DNA of 49,558 bases from Eubacteriales bacterium (GTDB taxonomy: Bacteria > Bacillota > Clostridia > Oscillospirales > CAG-272): assembly GCA_045648605.1 (NCBI GenBank), contig JAZROG010000034.1, positions 1 to 49,558 on the forward strand, written 5' to 3'. Positions 27,589-37,897 of this stretch are shown here, one piece after another. Numbering within the stretch: position 1 is the stretch's first letter; every line of letters begins with the position of its first letter. Both the position numbers and the translations under genes were made by a program. A model generated the notes under the pieces. That model ran no database searches. It was not told the origin of the DNA and saw only the letters and a list, made by a program, of their open reading frames with translations.

Positions 27589-29022
27589 TTATTTATCGTT
27601 CTTGCTCAAAACAGTCAGCTTTATTCGGGCAATACTGTTTCTATCATTATTTTTTATTTTTACTCCGTCCCTTATGGCAATTTCGGGGATGAAAACTATT
27701 CCCTCACCGTCGCACACAATAGGATATGAAGCTCTCGTGCAAAGCCTCAGCTTCTTTTCCGAAAAAAGCTTACGGACATCCTTTGACATTCCGCCGGAGC
27801 GTATTTTATCGCCGCTTTTTCGGCATCGCACGGAAAGATTATCATTTATTTTATCAGATTCAAGATAAACTTGTGTAAATAACTTGTAAATATTTTCCTT
27901 TTCTTTCTGAATTTGCAGTGTTGAATGTGACGGCTCGGTGGAAACAGCTTTTTCAAGGAGCAAAATATAATCTCCGAAAATGTTTTCTCCCTCGGAAAGC
28001 ATAATTTCATCGGGAAGAGACGCCTTTTTTTCGCCTCTTTCACATTCATCCCCAAAAAGCAGTCTGCCATCCTCTATAAAAGCGCGTTTTTTTCCCGGAA
28101 GAGAAAGAGAAGAATGTTCTCTGCCCTTTATAACAAGCTTATAGAGCGCATCAAGATGAGCTCCCTCAAGCATTGAATCGCCGTTCTCACCGTAAAGGCA
28201 GGACACCGCGCGGCAAAAAATGCTTTTTTCAAGCAAGGCAAGCTCGCTTATTTTATTGGCTTCTGCTTTTTTAAGATACTCCTCAGATACAGTGTCAAGA
28301 TAATTTTGATCATCTCTCAAGCTCTCGCAGTTGCGGACAGATGCACCCGCAGCATCGGGATTTATTGCCCGAAGAACAGGCAAAACCGATGCTCTGATGC
28401 TGTTTCTCGCATAGATCTGCTCGGAATTTGTGCTGTCATATACATATTCTATGCCGTTCTCTGCACAAATATCATGTACCTGCTCCTTGGTAAGCGGAAG
28501 AATGGGTCTTATAACGCATCTGCCAACCCCAAGATCTCTCACGGGCGGAATTCCGCAAAGTCCCCGAAGTCCCGTACCTCTTGCAAGCCTGAAAAGAATT
28601 GTTTCCAGATTATCATCCGCATTATGAGCAGTTGCAAGAATGGGGATATCATTTTTTTCCATTATCTCGGCAAAGAAATCATATCGCACATCCCTTGCGG
28701 CACTCTCAATGCTCTTTCCCTTCTCCTTTGCAATGGCGGGAACATCTGCATCAAGTATAAACAGCTCTATTCCCATTTTTTCGCAGACACGGGCACAAAA
28801 ATCCCTGTCTCTTATGGCTTCCTCGCCGCGTATTCCGTGATTCACATGAGCGGCAAAGAGTGAAAATTCATTTTCGCTGCACCAATCATGGAGAGCATAA
28901 AGCAAAAGCGAAGAATCAGCCCCGCCCGAAAAGGCAACGAGTATCTTTTTCTCAAGATTTCGGCTTTCACCGAAAAATGAAAGGAGCATCTCGCTCGGCG
29001 AAGCAAATCCGCCGAGCGGCAT
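27589..29022 (-). CDS. tilS: tRNA(Ile)-lysidine synthetase
   Basis: AFSGGADS, HVNHGIRG, ARDVRY, TAHNADD, RN.IR; start set just after dnaB stop (uncertain). Confidence 0.95.
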   Translation of the reverse strand: MPLGGFASPSEMLLSFFGESRNLEKKILVAFSGGADSSLLLYALHDWCSENEFSLFAAHVNHGIRGEEAIRDRDFCARVCEKMGIELFILDADVPAIAKEKGKSIESAARDVRYDFFAEIMEKNDIPILATAHNADDNLETILFRLARGTGLRGLCGIPPVRDLGVGRCVIRPILPLTKEQVHDICAENGIEYVYDSTNSEQIYARNSIRASVLPVLRAINPDAAGASVRNCESLRDDQNYLDTVSEEYLKKAEANKISELALLEKSIFCRAVSCLYGENGDSMLEGAHLDALYKLVIKGREHSSLSLPGKKRAFIEDGRLLFGDECERGEKKASLPDEIMLSEGENIFGDYILLLEKAVSTEPSHSTLQIQKEKENIYKLFTQVYLESDKINDNLSVRCRKSGDKIRSGGMSKDVRKLFSEKKLRLCTRASYPIVCDGEGIVFIPEIAIRDGVKIKNNDRNSIARIKLTVLSKNDK

Positions 29023-29026
29023 TTTT

Positions 29027-30382
29027 TTAAGCACCGGGAGCTCCGTCCTGTGCAATAGAACGGAACTTGGTATATTTTCCTATCCAACCGACCTTAACGG
29101 TATTGGTCGAGCCGTGTCTGTTTTTGGCAACGATGACCTCGGCGGTGTTTGCCTCCGGAGGCGGCTCGCCGTTATTCTCATCATCCTTTTGATAATATTC
29201 GCTTCTGTAAAGGAAGAGAACCGCATCCGCATCCTGCTCAATAGATCCCGAATCTCGAAGGTCACTGAGCATCGGTCTCTTATCACTGTTCTTTTCCGCC
29301 GCACGGTTAAGCTGCGCACAGCAAAGCACCGGAACATTAAGCTCCTTTGCCATAAGCTTTATTGAACGGGATATCTCCGAGACCTCCTGAGCGCGATTGT
29401 CGCTCTTTCTGTCACTCTGCATAAGCTGCAGATAGTCGATAACAACAAGTCCAAGATTATCAACTCTGCGAAGCTTGGACTTCATACCCATAACGGTGAT
29501 ACCCGCGGTATCGTCAATAAGAATATTACATTTAGACAGCCATTCGGAGGTATGCGCCAGAGCATCCCAATCCTCGGGGGCAAGCTCGCCTGTACGGAGC
29601 TTATGAGAATCTATCATAGCCTCACTTGAAACAACTCTCGTTACAAGCTGCTCGGCAGACATTTCAAGAGAGAATATACAAACAGCCTTCCCCGTTGCTC
29701 TCGCAACATTTGTTCCAACATTCAGAACAAATGAGGTTTTACCCATACCGGGTCTCGCACCCACGATGATAAGGTCGCTCTTTCCCATACCCGCAAGAAC
29801 GCCGTCAAGTCCCGCAAATCCTGTTGCAACGCCCTGTGTGGCTTCCTTATTGGTATTAAGCTCATGCAGATGGTCATAGACCTGCATAAGAGCATCTCTT
29901 ATGTGTGTAAAGCTTTTGGTTTCCTTTTTCTGCGCTATATCGAAGATGGATTTTTCCGCGTTTTCAAGAATATTGTCAACGCTGTCCTGCTCGCTATAAG
30001 CCTTATCGGAAATATCTCCGCTGACCTCAATAAGCTTACGCAGAACGCTCTTATCCTTAACTATCTTTGCATAGTCCTTTATATTCAGCGCGCTTGGAAC
30101 CACCTCGCCGAGAGTTCTGATATAGTCCTCTCCGCCGCTTTTGTCATATACACCGATCTGAACAAGCTGGTCTATAAGGGTTACGATGTCGATAACACCG
30201 TTTTCCCTATAAAGGCACAGCATTGCATCAAATATTTTTGAATGCTCCGAGATATAAAAATCCTCGGGAGCGATCTCACCCGCAATCTGGTTAAGACATT
30301 CGGGGTCTATAAGCACCGAGCCGAGAAGCGACTGCTCCGCGATCATCGAAAATGGCTGTTTTCGGATCATTTCTTCATTCAT
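29027..30382 (-). CDS. dnaB: Replicative DNA helicase
   Basis: AEQSLLG, GARPGMGKT, FSLEMS, IDYLQLM, DLRDSGSIEQDAD, AKNRHG. Confidence 0.99.
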   Translation of the reverse strand: MNEEMIRKQPFSMIAEQSLLGSVLIDPECLNQIAGEIAPEDFYISEHSKIFDAMLCLYRENGVIDIVTLIDQLVQIGVYDKSGGEDYIRTLGEVVPSALNIKDYAKIVKDKSVLRKLIEVSGDISDKAYSEQDSVDNILENAEKSIFDIAQKKETKSFTHIRDALMQVYDHLHELNTNKEATQGVATGFAGLDGVLAGMGKSDLIIVGARPGMGKTSFVLNVGTNVARATGKAVCIFSLEMSAEQLVTRVVSSEAMIDSHKLRTGELAPEDWDALAHTSEWLSKCNILIDDTAGITVMGMKSKLRRVDNLGLVVIDYLQLMQSDRKSDNRAQEVSEISRSIKLMAKELNVPVLCCAQLNRAAEKNSDKRPMLSDLRDSGSIEQDADAVLFLYRSEYYQKDDENNGEPPPEANTAEVIVAKNRHGSTNTVKVGWIGKYTKFRSIAQDGAPGA

Positions 30383-30450
30383 GATTTCAAATCCTTATGT
30401 TTTATTATGTCCGTCTTTCTCAAAAATAATAATTGAAATGACGCAAATAA

Positions 30451-30897
30451 TTATTTTTCGGTAATTACAACATTGATCTTTCCGATGATCTCCGTATAGA
30501 GCTTCACCTCAACGGTATATGAGCCGAAAGCCTTCAGAGGATCGGGAAGAGATATCTTTCTCTTGTCGATGGTGAGTCCGTGATTCTTTTCAAGCGACTC
30601 TGCAATGTCCTTTGATGTAACAGAGCCGTAAAGGCGTCCGTCGCCACCTGCAGACATTGTGAATTTAACGAGAATACCCTCAAGCTTTGCGGCAATATCT
30701 CTTGCCTCTGCCTTTTCAACCTCGATCTTATGCTTAGCGGATGCTTCTCTGTTCTTAAGCTCGTTTATCGCCTTGTTATCTGCGGGAATTGCAAGTCCTC
30801 TTGCAATAAGGAAGTTTCTGCCGTATCCGTCCGAAACCTCGATCATCTGTCCCTTTTTTCCTTGAGCCTTAACGTCCTGTGTAAGAATAACCTTCAT
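30451..30897 (-). CDS. rplI: 50S ribosomal protein L9
   Basis: [32 protein letters not shown]. Confidence 0.99.
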   Translation of the reverse strand: MKVILTQDVKAQGKKGQMIEVSDGYGRNFLIARGLAIPADNKAINELKNREASAKHKIEVEKAEARDIAAKLEGILVKFTMSAGGDGRLYGSVTSKDIAESLEKNHGLTIDKRKISLPDPLKAFGSYTVEVKLYTEIIGKINVVITEK

Positions 30898-30980
30898 TGT
30901 TTTACCTTTCTCCCCATGGTATTTTGCGTTTCCTCCCGGGGAAAGGAGGATTATATTGAATTGATGAATAGTAAATAATT

Positions 30981-33131
30981 TTATTGCCCGATGGTGGGTG
31001 AATTATCAAAGCCCTGTTCTCTGTCGATATTTTCCTTCATGAATTTTTCAACATTTTCGAGAACTATGTCCTCAAATTCGCGCATGGTAAGCTCTTCGCT
31101 TCTTCCGCCGGCATTGTTAAAATTACCTCCACCGACGCCCGCAAGAAGTGCCGCGCAATTCACCTTATTGTTACCCGAGCGTGCGCTGGCATTTATTCTC
31201 GTTCCGCTTCCCGCAATGACGATAGAGGCCATAATGCCCTCCATATTCATAAGTCGGTCTGCAACTCTGCCGATAACGATCTTTGTTTTTGCCTCGTCCG
31301 AAAGGCCCTCGCCGCGGCAAAGAGCAATTCTTCCGTTGCTTATAAGACGCATACTTGAGCCGATGGAGTATTCTGCCGCAAATGTTTCATAATCCACATC
31401 GAATAATTTTTTTGCTCTTTCTGCCTTTGCACTTGAACGGCTGAGGTATTCTGCCGCCGCATAGGTCTTGCTGCTGGCATATTGGGTGAAATTCTTGGTA
31501 TCAAGCATGATTCCCGAAAGAAGCGCGGTGGCTTCCTCTCCGAGCAGCTTTGAGTGGTGAAGTGATATCTCAAGAACTCCCGAAACTATCTCGGATGCCG
31601 AGGAGCAGGAGGTATCGATATAGGCAAAATCACTCTCGGCTGTTATGTCATTTTTCTCATGGTGGTCGATAATAACTATCTTTCCGCCTGTTTTTTCGCG
31701 AAGTGCTCTGTAAAGATTGGGGCTTTCCATATTCCGAGTGCAGTTCACATCGGTTATAATAAGAAGCGTATCGCTTCTCACAAGCCGCATTGCCTCTGCC
31801 TCGCAGATAAATCTGCCCTCATATTCCTCTTTTTCTCTTATATCCTCGGTGATCCTTATAAAATTCTCATCATCGGGATCATTTATAACGATATGCCAAT
31901 CATCCCTTATATCCGATACCAATCTTGCGATTCCGATACCGCTTCCGATGCTGTCATAGTCGGGACGGCTGTGACCCATAATAAGGACTCCTCCGCTCTC
32001 GCTTATAAAACGGCGCAGAGTATTACCTATCCTTCTGTATTCGCCCGTTCCGCCGCTTACCGCCTTTCTTCTGTCCCGTCCGTAGTAGGTTATCTCACCC
32101 GCGGTATTGATAACAGCCTTATTTCCGCTCTTTCTCTGCTCAAATGCGATATCCGCATTTCTCATTCGCTCGGAAAGGTTGTTTCCCGTAGCGGAAAAGC
32201 CCATAGAAACGGTAAGCTCGTCCTCTTTTGTTGAAACAGCCTCACGAATGGTATCGAGAATGGGGAATTTATCTCTTATGCAGCGTCCGAGAGAGCTTAG
32301 CGGCATCATAATGATGAATTTTCTTGTTTCAGGCTCAAATATGGAGCCGTCAAGATGAAGCACCCAGTCGCTCAGCAGCTCTCTGACCTTATCGGAGGCA
32401 TCCTTTTCGGAAATTCCCGACGAATTTGAGAAGGCCTTGAGGTCATCGATCTCGACTCTACCCATAACTATCGTCTCATTTTCAAGTCTTCTTGCCACAG
32501 AGATAAGCTGCTTCTTTTCCTCTGTGATATCAATGAGAGTTGTAAGATAATATACGCCCTTTGTGGGGTCTGCGGTCTTTTTCAGATCACCAATAAGAGT
32601 TTCGGTGCTCTGAATTATGATATATCTGATACCGTCCTCATCATCCGCTGTCTTATACTGAAGCTCAACCCTTTCATTTACCGAGCGCGCGATGACCTCG
32701 GGTGAAACAAAGGGCATAACCTCAGAAACAGAGGGCATAAACCCATGTGCCTTCTTCTCAAAAAGCTCGTGCGCCGCATGATTATGCTTGACGATTATTC
32801 CATTTTCGTTGGTAATGATATAGGGAAACACCATATTATCAAGCATCCTGTCAAAGCGATGAAGGATAAGCTCGCGTCTTGTGGCAGTTCTGCCGAGAAT
32901 GGCAAGCAGTGTTACCACCGTAAAAACAGCAAAAGCATACAAAACGGTGGCAAAAACAAGCAGAGAAAATCCTCCGATCTCGGTAAATGCGCTAACAAGC
33001 CATACAAGGGAGAGTATCAGAGCACCAATGCCCGTGCAAAGGAAAAATGCAAGCGGATAGTTGAAATAGGTATTCCTTTTTCCGACAATTCTTTTTTCCC
33101 TATCGGGAGCCTTATTTTCATTATTGTTCAC
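30981..33131 (-). CDS. gdpP: GdpP-like cyclic-di-AMP phosphodiesterase (TM-PAS-degenerate GGDEF-DHH/DHHA1)
   Basis: Two TMs, [34 protein letters not shown]; synteny with yybS-rplI-dnaB. Confidence 0.85.
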   Translation of the reverse strand: MNNNENKAPDREKRIVGKRNTYFNYPLAFFLCTGIGALILSLVWLVSAFTEIGGFSLLVFATVLYAFAVFTVVTLLAILGRTATRRELILHRFDRMLDNMVFPYIITNENGIIVKHNHAAHELFEKKAHGFMPSVSEVMPFVSPEVIARSVNERVELQYKTADDEDGIRYIIIQSTETLIGDLKKTADPTKGVYYLTTLIDITEEKKQLISVARRLENETIVMGRVEIDDLKAFSNSSGISEKDASDKVRELLSDWVLHLDGSIFEPETRKFIIMMPLSSLGRCIRDKFPILDTIREAVSTKEDELTVSMGFSATGNNLSERMRNADIAFEQRKSGNKAVINTAGEITYYGRDRRKAVSGGTGEYRRIGNTLRRFISESGGVLIMGHSRPDYDSIGSGIGIARLVSDIRDDWHIVINDPDDENFIRITEDIREKEEYEGRFICEAEAMRLVRSDTLLIITDVNCTRNMESPNLYRALREKTGGKIVIIDHHEKNDITAESDFAYIDTSCSSASEIVSGVLEISLHHSKLLGEEATALLSGIMLDTKNFTQYASSKTYAAAEYLSRSSAKAERAKKLFDVDYETFAAEYSIGSSMRLISNGRIALCRGEGLSDEAKTKIVIGRVADRLMNMEGIMASIVIAGSGTRINASARSGNNKVNCAALLAGVGGGNFNNAGGRSEELTMREFEDIVLENVEKFMKENIDREQGFDNSPTIGQ

Positions 33132-33162
33132 GGGAGATCACCTCCTTGAATTTTTTAAATTT

Positions 33163-34257
33163 TTATTTTTGTGACTTCTTTTTGCTTTTCGAAACAGCTT
33201 CCTTTATTGTAGAGACCGTTCCGAAAATCGCAAGAAGCAATATTCCGACACCGGGAAGTATAAAAATGAGAGGAATAGAAATGACAAGCGGGAAACAACC
33301 CACCTTAACCGCATTTCCCTCTCTTCTGGGGAGACAGCTCATAAGTCCCACCACAGCCATAGGCGGCATAAGGATCATATACAGATTATCAAGCACCGCA
33401 AGAGCTGGACTGTCCGCAAGAAATGCAGAAAGCAGATATGATATACCAAACACCGCAGCGGTCACAGCACTGACCTTGAATTCTCTGTCATGAGGCTCTG
33501 TTTTATGATAAAGATCATAAATTTTAAGCAGTGCAAGAAGAGACAAGCTCGTAAAGAATGCCGCTATCGAAAAATAAAGCACAATGGTTGCGGGAAGCAG
33601 ATTTATTATCCCGTTTGCAAGTGAAACGGGGTCAATGGAGGAAACATCGGTCTGGGGAAAATTCTCCTTTATCATGAGAAGCTGAGCATCAAAATACTCG
33701 CGCATTCCCTCACGGAGCTGATCCACAAGCGAAAGAAGAGCCTCACCGCTGATTACTCCGCCCGCAAGATAAACACAGCCGACAAAAATTACGAGAACGA
33801 ATATTCCCCCGCCCAAAGCAGAAGAAAGAATCGCGCCTGTTCTATTCATTCCCTTCTCCATTGCAAGAGCAAGGAAAAGTCCGAGGACAAAAGGAAGAAG
33901 CGAGAAAAGCGCGCCCAAAAGGAAGGCAATTCTGAATCCTCCGCTGCTCAAAATGAAATATGAAAGAACAGAGGCAAATGAAAGGATAGGCGGAAGCGGT
34001 GCAAGCCTCGGTGCCTCAAGCACCAGAAGCGCAGATATACCGCCGATTATAAAGCACAGGAAAAATCCCAGAAGCGCAGCAGATGAAAGCAAATTAAAGT
34101 CATTTGCCGTTATGCCGACCAAAAGGCAATATCCGCAAAGTGCCATGAGAACAGCCGAAGCAATGGTCAAAAAAGCCTTTGCGCCCTTTGAGAGCGTGTC
34201 GGGATGAATGGGCAGCTCAAAATCGCCCTTGTTATCTTGAAAATTACCGAAATTCAA
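33163..34257 (-). CDS. Multi-pass membrane protein (YybS/DUF2232-like)
   Basis: About 9-10 hydrophobic segments; conserved position upstream of gdpP; TTG start with GGAGGT RBS. Confidence 0.75.
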   Translation of the reverse strand: MNFGNFQDNKGDFELPIHPDTLSKGAKAFLTIASAVLMALCGYCLLVGITANDFNLLSSAALLGFFLCFIIGGISALLVLEAPRLAPLPPILSFASVLSYFILSSGGFRIAFLLGALFSLLPFVLGLFLALAMEKGMNRTGAILSSALGGGIFVLVIFVGCVYLAGGVISGEALLSLVDQLREGMREYFDAQLLMIKENFPQTDVSSIDPVSLANGIINLLPATIVLYFSIAAFFTSLSLLALLKIYDLYHKTEPHDREFKVSAVTAAVFGISYLLSAFLADSPALAVLDNLYMILMPPMAVVGLMSCLPRREGNAVKVGCFPLVISIPLIFILPGVGILLLAIFGTVSTIKEAVSKSKKKSQK

Positions 34258-34437
34258 TTCAAACCTCCAATTGAGGATAATACTCCATATTATCTTATCG
34301 TATTATTATACCACATATAAGAGAATTTGTCAAACAATTATAAAAAATATTTCTGAATTATGCCAAGAAAAATGTTATAAATCATAACATATATATTCAT
34401 CCGAAATTTGGTTGAAATAAATGTGATGTGATTTGTT

Positions 34438-34623
34438 ATGAAAGAAAAATTGATTCTCGAAAAGAAATTCAAGGGTGAGGACGGGCACAAAACTTTTTCA
34501 ATAAGGATCAAAGAAGAAACCGTTGAACAGCTTGATATTCTTGCTGCCAAAACCAATCGTTCAAGAAATGAGCTGATAAATATTCTACACGACTATGCAA
34601 TCGCAAATTGCGAGGTTAAATAA
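34438..34623 (+). CDS. Ribbon-helix-helix (CopG-like) DNA-binding protein
   Basis: TFSIRIKEETVEQLDILAAKTNRSRNELINILHDYA. Confidence 0.85.
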   Translation: MKEKLILEKKFKGEDGHKTFSIRIKEETVEQLDILAAKTNRSRNELINILHDYAIANCEVK

Positions 34624-34688
34624 CCTTCCAAATTAGCCTTTCCATAACACTTTTTTCTTAAATATGCCTTTAATTGATACAAAAGGTA

Positions 34689-34717
34689 TTGACAATTTGT
34701 TCTGTGAGTGTTATAAT
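34689..34717 (+). promoter_or_regulatory. sigmaA promoter of SCIFF locus
   Basis: TTGACA-17 bp-TATAAT with TG extension. Confidence 0.8.
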
Positions 34718-34747
34718 ATATACACTAATACTTTTTGGAGGTCTATT

Positions 34748-34888
34748 ATGGAACATATCAAGACTCTTGAAACTCGCAATCTCTGCGACAGTGCAAAGAA
34801 CGGTGGCTGCGGCGAATGCCAGACATCCTGCCAGTCTGCTTGCAAGACAAGCTGCGGTATTGCTAACCAGCAGTGTGAAAATAAGTAA
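34748..34888 (+). CDS. scfA: SCIFF ranthipeptide precursor
   Basis: MEHIKTL...GGCGECQTSCQSACKTSCGIANQQCENK; GGAGGT RBS. Confidence 0.97.
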   Translation: MEHIKTLETRNLCDSAKNGGCGECQTSCQSACKTSCGIANQQCENK

Positions 34889-34898
34889 GCACTAATGC

Positions 34899-34925
34899 AA
34901 AATGCCGCCCATGGGCGGCATTTTT
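34899..34925 (+). terminator. Hairpin/terminator between scfA and scfB
   Basis: AAAATGCCGCCC-at-GGGCGGCATTTTT. Confidence 0.75.
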
Positions 34926-34950
34926 AGTATGTTGATATAAAGGAGTAATC

Positions 34951-36336
34951 ATGGTACATCAGTACAAACTCGGCGGCTATAATATCGTTCTTGATATCTG
35001 CTCAGGCTCTGTCCATGCAGTTGATGAGGTCGCCTACGATATAATCGAAATATTCGAGAAAAAGGAAAAAAACGAAGTCATTTCCGAAATCTCAAAAAAA
35101 TATGCGGACAGAAGCGATATAACCGCAACTGACATTGAGGAATGTTATGAACAGGTCGAGGAGCTAAAAAACAAAGGCAAGCTCTTTACTCCTGACACAT
35201 TTGAAAATATGGCGGGACATCTCAAGGCAAAGACCTCGGGCGTGATAAAGGCGCTCTGTCTCCATATCGCTCACACCTGCAATCTTAACTGCTCATATTG
35301 CTTTGCAAGCCAGGGAAAATACCATGGAGACAGAGCGGTCATGTCCTTTGAGGTGGGCAAGCGCGCCCTTGATTTTCTCATTGAAAATTCGGGAAGCCGC
35401 CGCAATCTTGAGGTTGACTTCTTCGGCGGTGAGCCACTTATGAATTTTGATGTTGTAAAGCAGCTTGTTGCATATGCACGCAGCATCGAAAAGGAAAAGG
35501 GCAAAAATTTCCGCTTTACACTTACAACAAACGGCGTTCTTGTTGACGATGACGTTATCGAATTTGCAAACAAGGAATGTAGCAACGTAGTCCTCAGCCT
35601 TGACGGCAGAAAAGAGATCCACGACCGCTTCAGAGTTGATTATTCGGGCAAGGGAAGCTGGGAAAATATCGTTCCCAAATTTCAAAAATTCGTAGAAGAG
35701 CGCGGCGGCAAAAATTACTATATGCGCGGAACATTTACCCATGCAAACCCCGATTTTCTTGAGGATATCAAGGTGATGCTCGACCTTGGATTCAATGAAC
35801 TTAGCATGGAGCCTGTTGTCTGCGCCCCGGGTGACCCCTCCGAGCTTACAGATGCCGATCTCCCCATCGTTATGGATCAGTATGAAAAGCTCGCAGAGCT
35901 TATGATAGAGCGCGACAAGGAAGGCAAGCCCTTTACATTCTATCACTATATGATAGACCTTACGGGCGGCCCGTGCATTTATAAGAGAATTTCCGGCTGC
36001 GGCTCGGGAACCGAATATATGGCTGTTACTCCTTGGGGTGATCTTTATCCCTGCCATCAGTTTGTGGGCGAGGAGGAATTCAAGCTCGGTGACATCTGGA
36101 GCGGCGTTACAAACAAGGAAAAGCAGTGTGAATTTGGCGATTGCAATGTTTATACCCGTCCCGATTGCCATGATTGCTGGGCAAAGCTCTATTGCTCGGG
36201 CGGATGCGCCGCAAATGCTTATCATTCCACAGGCTCTGTCAGCGGTGTTTACGAATACGGCTGCAAGCTCTTCAGAAAGAGAATGGAATGTGCCATTATG
36301 GTCGCCATCGACCGTGCATTCAGAGGGCAAAGCTGA
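34951..36336 (+). CDS. scfB: SCIFF radical SAM/SPASM thioether maturase
   Basis: CNLNCSYC, FFGGEP, SPASM GCGSG..YPCHQF..CHDCWAKLYCSGGCAAN. Confidence 0.97.
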   Translation: MVHQYKLGGYNIVLDICSGSVHAVDEVAYDIIEIFEKKEKNEVISEISKKYADRSDITATDIEECYEQVEELKNKGKLFTPDTFENMAGHLKAKTSGVIKALCLHIAHTCNLNCSYCFASQGKYHGDRAVMSFEVGKRALDFLIENSGSRRNLEVDFFGGEPLMNFDVVKQLVAYARSIEKEKGKNFRFTLTTNGVLVDDDVIEFANKECSNVVLSLDGRKEIHDRFRVDYSGKGSWENIVPKFQKFVEERGGKNYYMRGTFTHANPDFLEDIKVMLDLGFNELSMEPVVCAPGDPSELTDADLPIVMDQYEKLAELMIERDKEGKPFTFYHYMIDLTGGPCIYKRISGCGSGTEYMAVTPWGDLYPCHQFVGEEEFKLGDIWSGVTNKEKQCEFGDCNVYTRPDCHDCWAKLYCSGGCAANAYHSTGSVSGVYEYGCKLFRKRMECAIMVAIDRAFRGQS

Positions 36337-36339
36337 TAT

Positions 36340-37677
36340 ATGAGAACGCCTATATGCGATTTTGTTCGCAAATATGCAGATGAAAACAAAACAAGACTTC
36401 ATATGCCGGGGCATAAGGGGACTTCCCTTCTCGGCTTTGAAAAATATGACATAACCGAGATTTCGGGAGCGGACAGTCTTTTTGAAGCAGACGGAATAAT
36501 TGCCGAAAGCGAAAAAAATGCCTCCTCCATCTTCGGATGTGATACATATTATTCAACAGAGGGCTCTTCTCATTGCATAAGGGCAATGCTATATCTTGCA
36601 ATGCTCCATGCAAAGGAAAAAGGGCAAGCTCTTCATGTGGCTTTGCCAAGAAATGTGCATAAAGCCTTTCTCAGCGCCGCCGCAATGCTTGATTTTGATA
36701 TCACTTGGCTTCTACCGAAGGAAAGCACATCATATCTTTCCTGCTCGGTCTCAGATGTTGGGCTTGAAGAGCTCCTTTCGGATAAAGAAAAAGGAATAAA
36801 TGCTGTGTATCTCACCACTCCCGACTACCTTGGAAGCATAATAGGCATCAAAAAAATCGCCGATATTTGCCATAAATACGGTGCGCTTCTCATAGTCGAT
36901 AATGCCCACGGAGCGTATCTGAAATTTTTGCCCACCTCCCTCCATCCTATGGACATGGGAGCGGATATTTGCTGTGATTCTGCGCATAAGACCTTACCCG
37001 TGCTGACAGGCGGGGCATATCTGCACATCTCCGAGAGGGTTTCATCCGTTTTGGGCAAAAATGCAAAAAATGCCCTTGCTGCATTCGGGTCAAGCAGTCC
37101 TTCCTATCTTATTTTGCAGTCCCTTGACTATGCAAATAAGTATCTTTCGGAGGATTATTCCAAAAAATTGGCTGATTTTTGCGACTTGCTTGACGAAAAA
37201 AAGGCTATTCTTTCGGAAAACGGCTATGAATTTTACGGTGATGAGCCATTGAAGCTTACTATAAAAGCCAAGGAATACGGATATCTCGGCACAGAAATTG
37301 CAGAAATCCTCGAAAAAAGAGACATTTTTTGCGAATTTTCAGATCCCGACTATCTCGTGCTTATGCTAACTCCCGAAAATACTCTAAATGACCTTGACAA
37401 AATGACGGAAGCGCTTCTTTCAATTCAAAAAAAGGATAAAATCGAAAATACCCCTCCGCCATTTGTTCTGCCAAAAAAGGCACTCTCGATAAGGGACGCA
37501 TATTTTTCACCCTCGGAGGAAATTTCCTTTTCGGAAAGCATCGGAAAAATACTCTCATCTCCAAGCGTTGGATGCCCTCCTGCAGTTCCGATAATCATGT
37601 GCGGTGAGATCATCGACGAAAATGCCATAAAATGCTTTGAATATTACAGTATCGAGAAAGTAACGGTAATCAAATAA
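36340..37677 (+). CDS. PLP-dependent Orn/Lys/Arg decarboxylase (YaaO-like)
   Basis: LHMPGHKG, RNVHKA, DNAHGA, SAHKTLP (PLP Lys), SSSPSY, PPAVPI. Confidence 0.92.
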   Translation: MRTPICDFVRKYADENKTRLHMPGHKGTSLLGFEKYDITEISGADSLFEADGIIAESEKNASSIFGCDTYYSTEGSSHCIRAMLYLAMLHAKEKGQALHVALPRNVHKAFLSAAAMLDFDITWLLPKESTSYLSCSVSDVGLEELLSDKEKGINAVYLTTPDYLGSIIGIKKIADICHKYGALLIVDNAHGAYLKFLPTSLHPMDMGADICCDSAHKTLPVLTGGAYLHISERVSSVLGKNAKNALAAFGSSSPSYLILQSLDYANKYLSEDYSKKLADFCDLLDEKKAILSENGYEFYGDEPLKLTIKAKEYGYLGTEIAEILEKRDIFCEFSDPDYLVLMLTPENTLNDLDKMTEALLSIQKKDKIENTPPPFVLPKKALSIRDAYFSPSEEISFSESIGKILSSPSVGCPPAVPIIMCGEIIDENAIKCFEYYSIEKVTVIK

Positions 37678-37722
37678 AAAACATACGGAGCTGATTTTCA
37701 CATCTTGGCTCCGTATGTTTTT
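37677..37722. terminator. Bidirectional terminator
   Basis: AAAAACATACGGAGC / GCTCCGTATGTTTTT stem. Confidence 0.75.
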
Positions 37723-37761
37723 ATAAAATAGGAAATTAGCGAACAAACGAAGGCGTGACCC

Positions 37762-37855
37762 GTAGGGGCGATCATCGATCGCCCGCCACACAAAGGGGAC
37801 AAATTGTCGTTGTTTTTAACCGTTTGTTTTTCGGGCGATCGATGATCGCCCCTAC
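37762..37855. repeat. GTAG-type REP doublet (REPIN), second family
   Basis: GTAGGGGCGATCATCGATCGCCCG ... CGGGCGATCGATGATCGCCCCTAC, perfect 24-bp inverted pair. Confidence 0.9.
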
Positions 37856-37897
37856 AAACACGCGGCAAAACACACCGACAAATTCCCGTTTGACACA

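Noticed and set aside
34438-34623. RHH as antitoxin of a toxin-antitoxin pair
   Set aside because: No adjacent toxin-like ORF.
34664-34747. Longer 74-aa SCIFF ORF start
   Set aside because: It spans the promoter; the RBS-supported start is 34748.
35293-36414. 373-aa minus-strand ORF
   Set aside because: Antisense shadow of the well-supported scfB.
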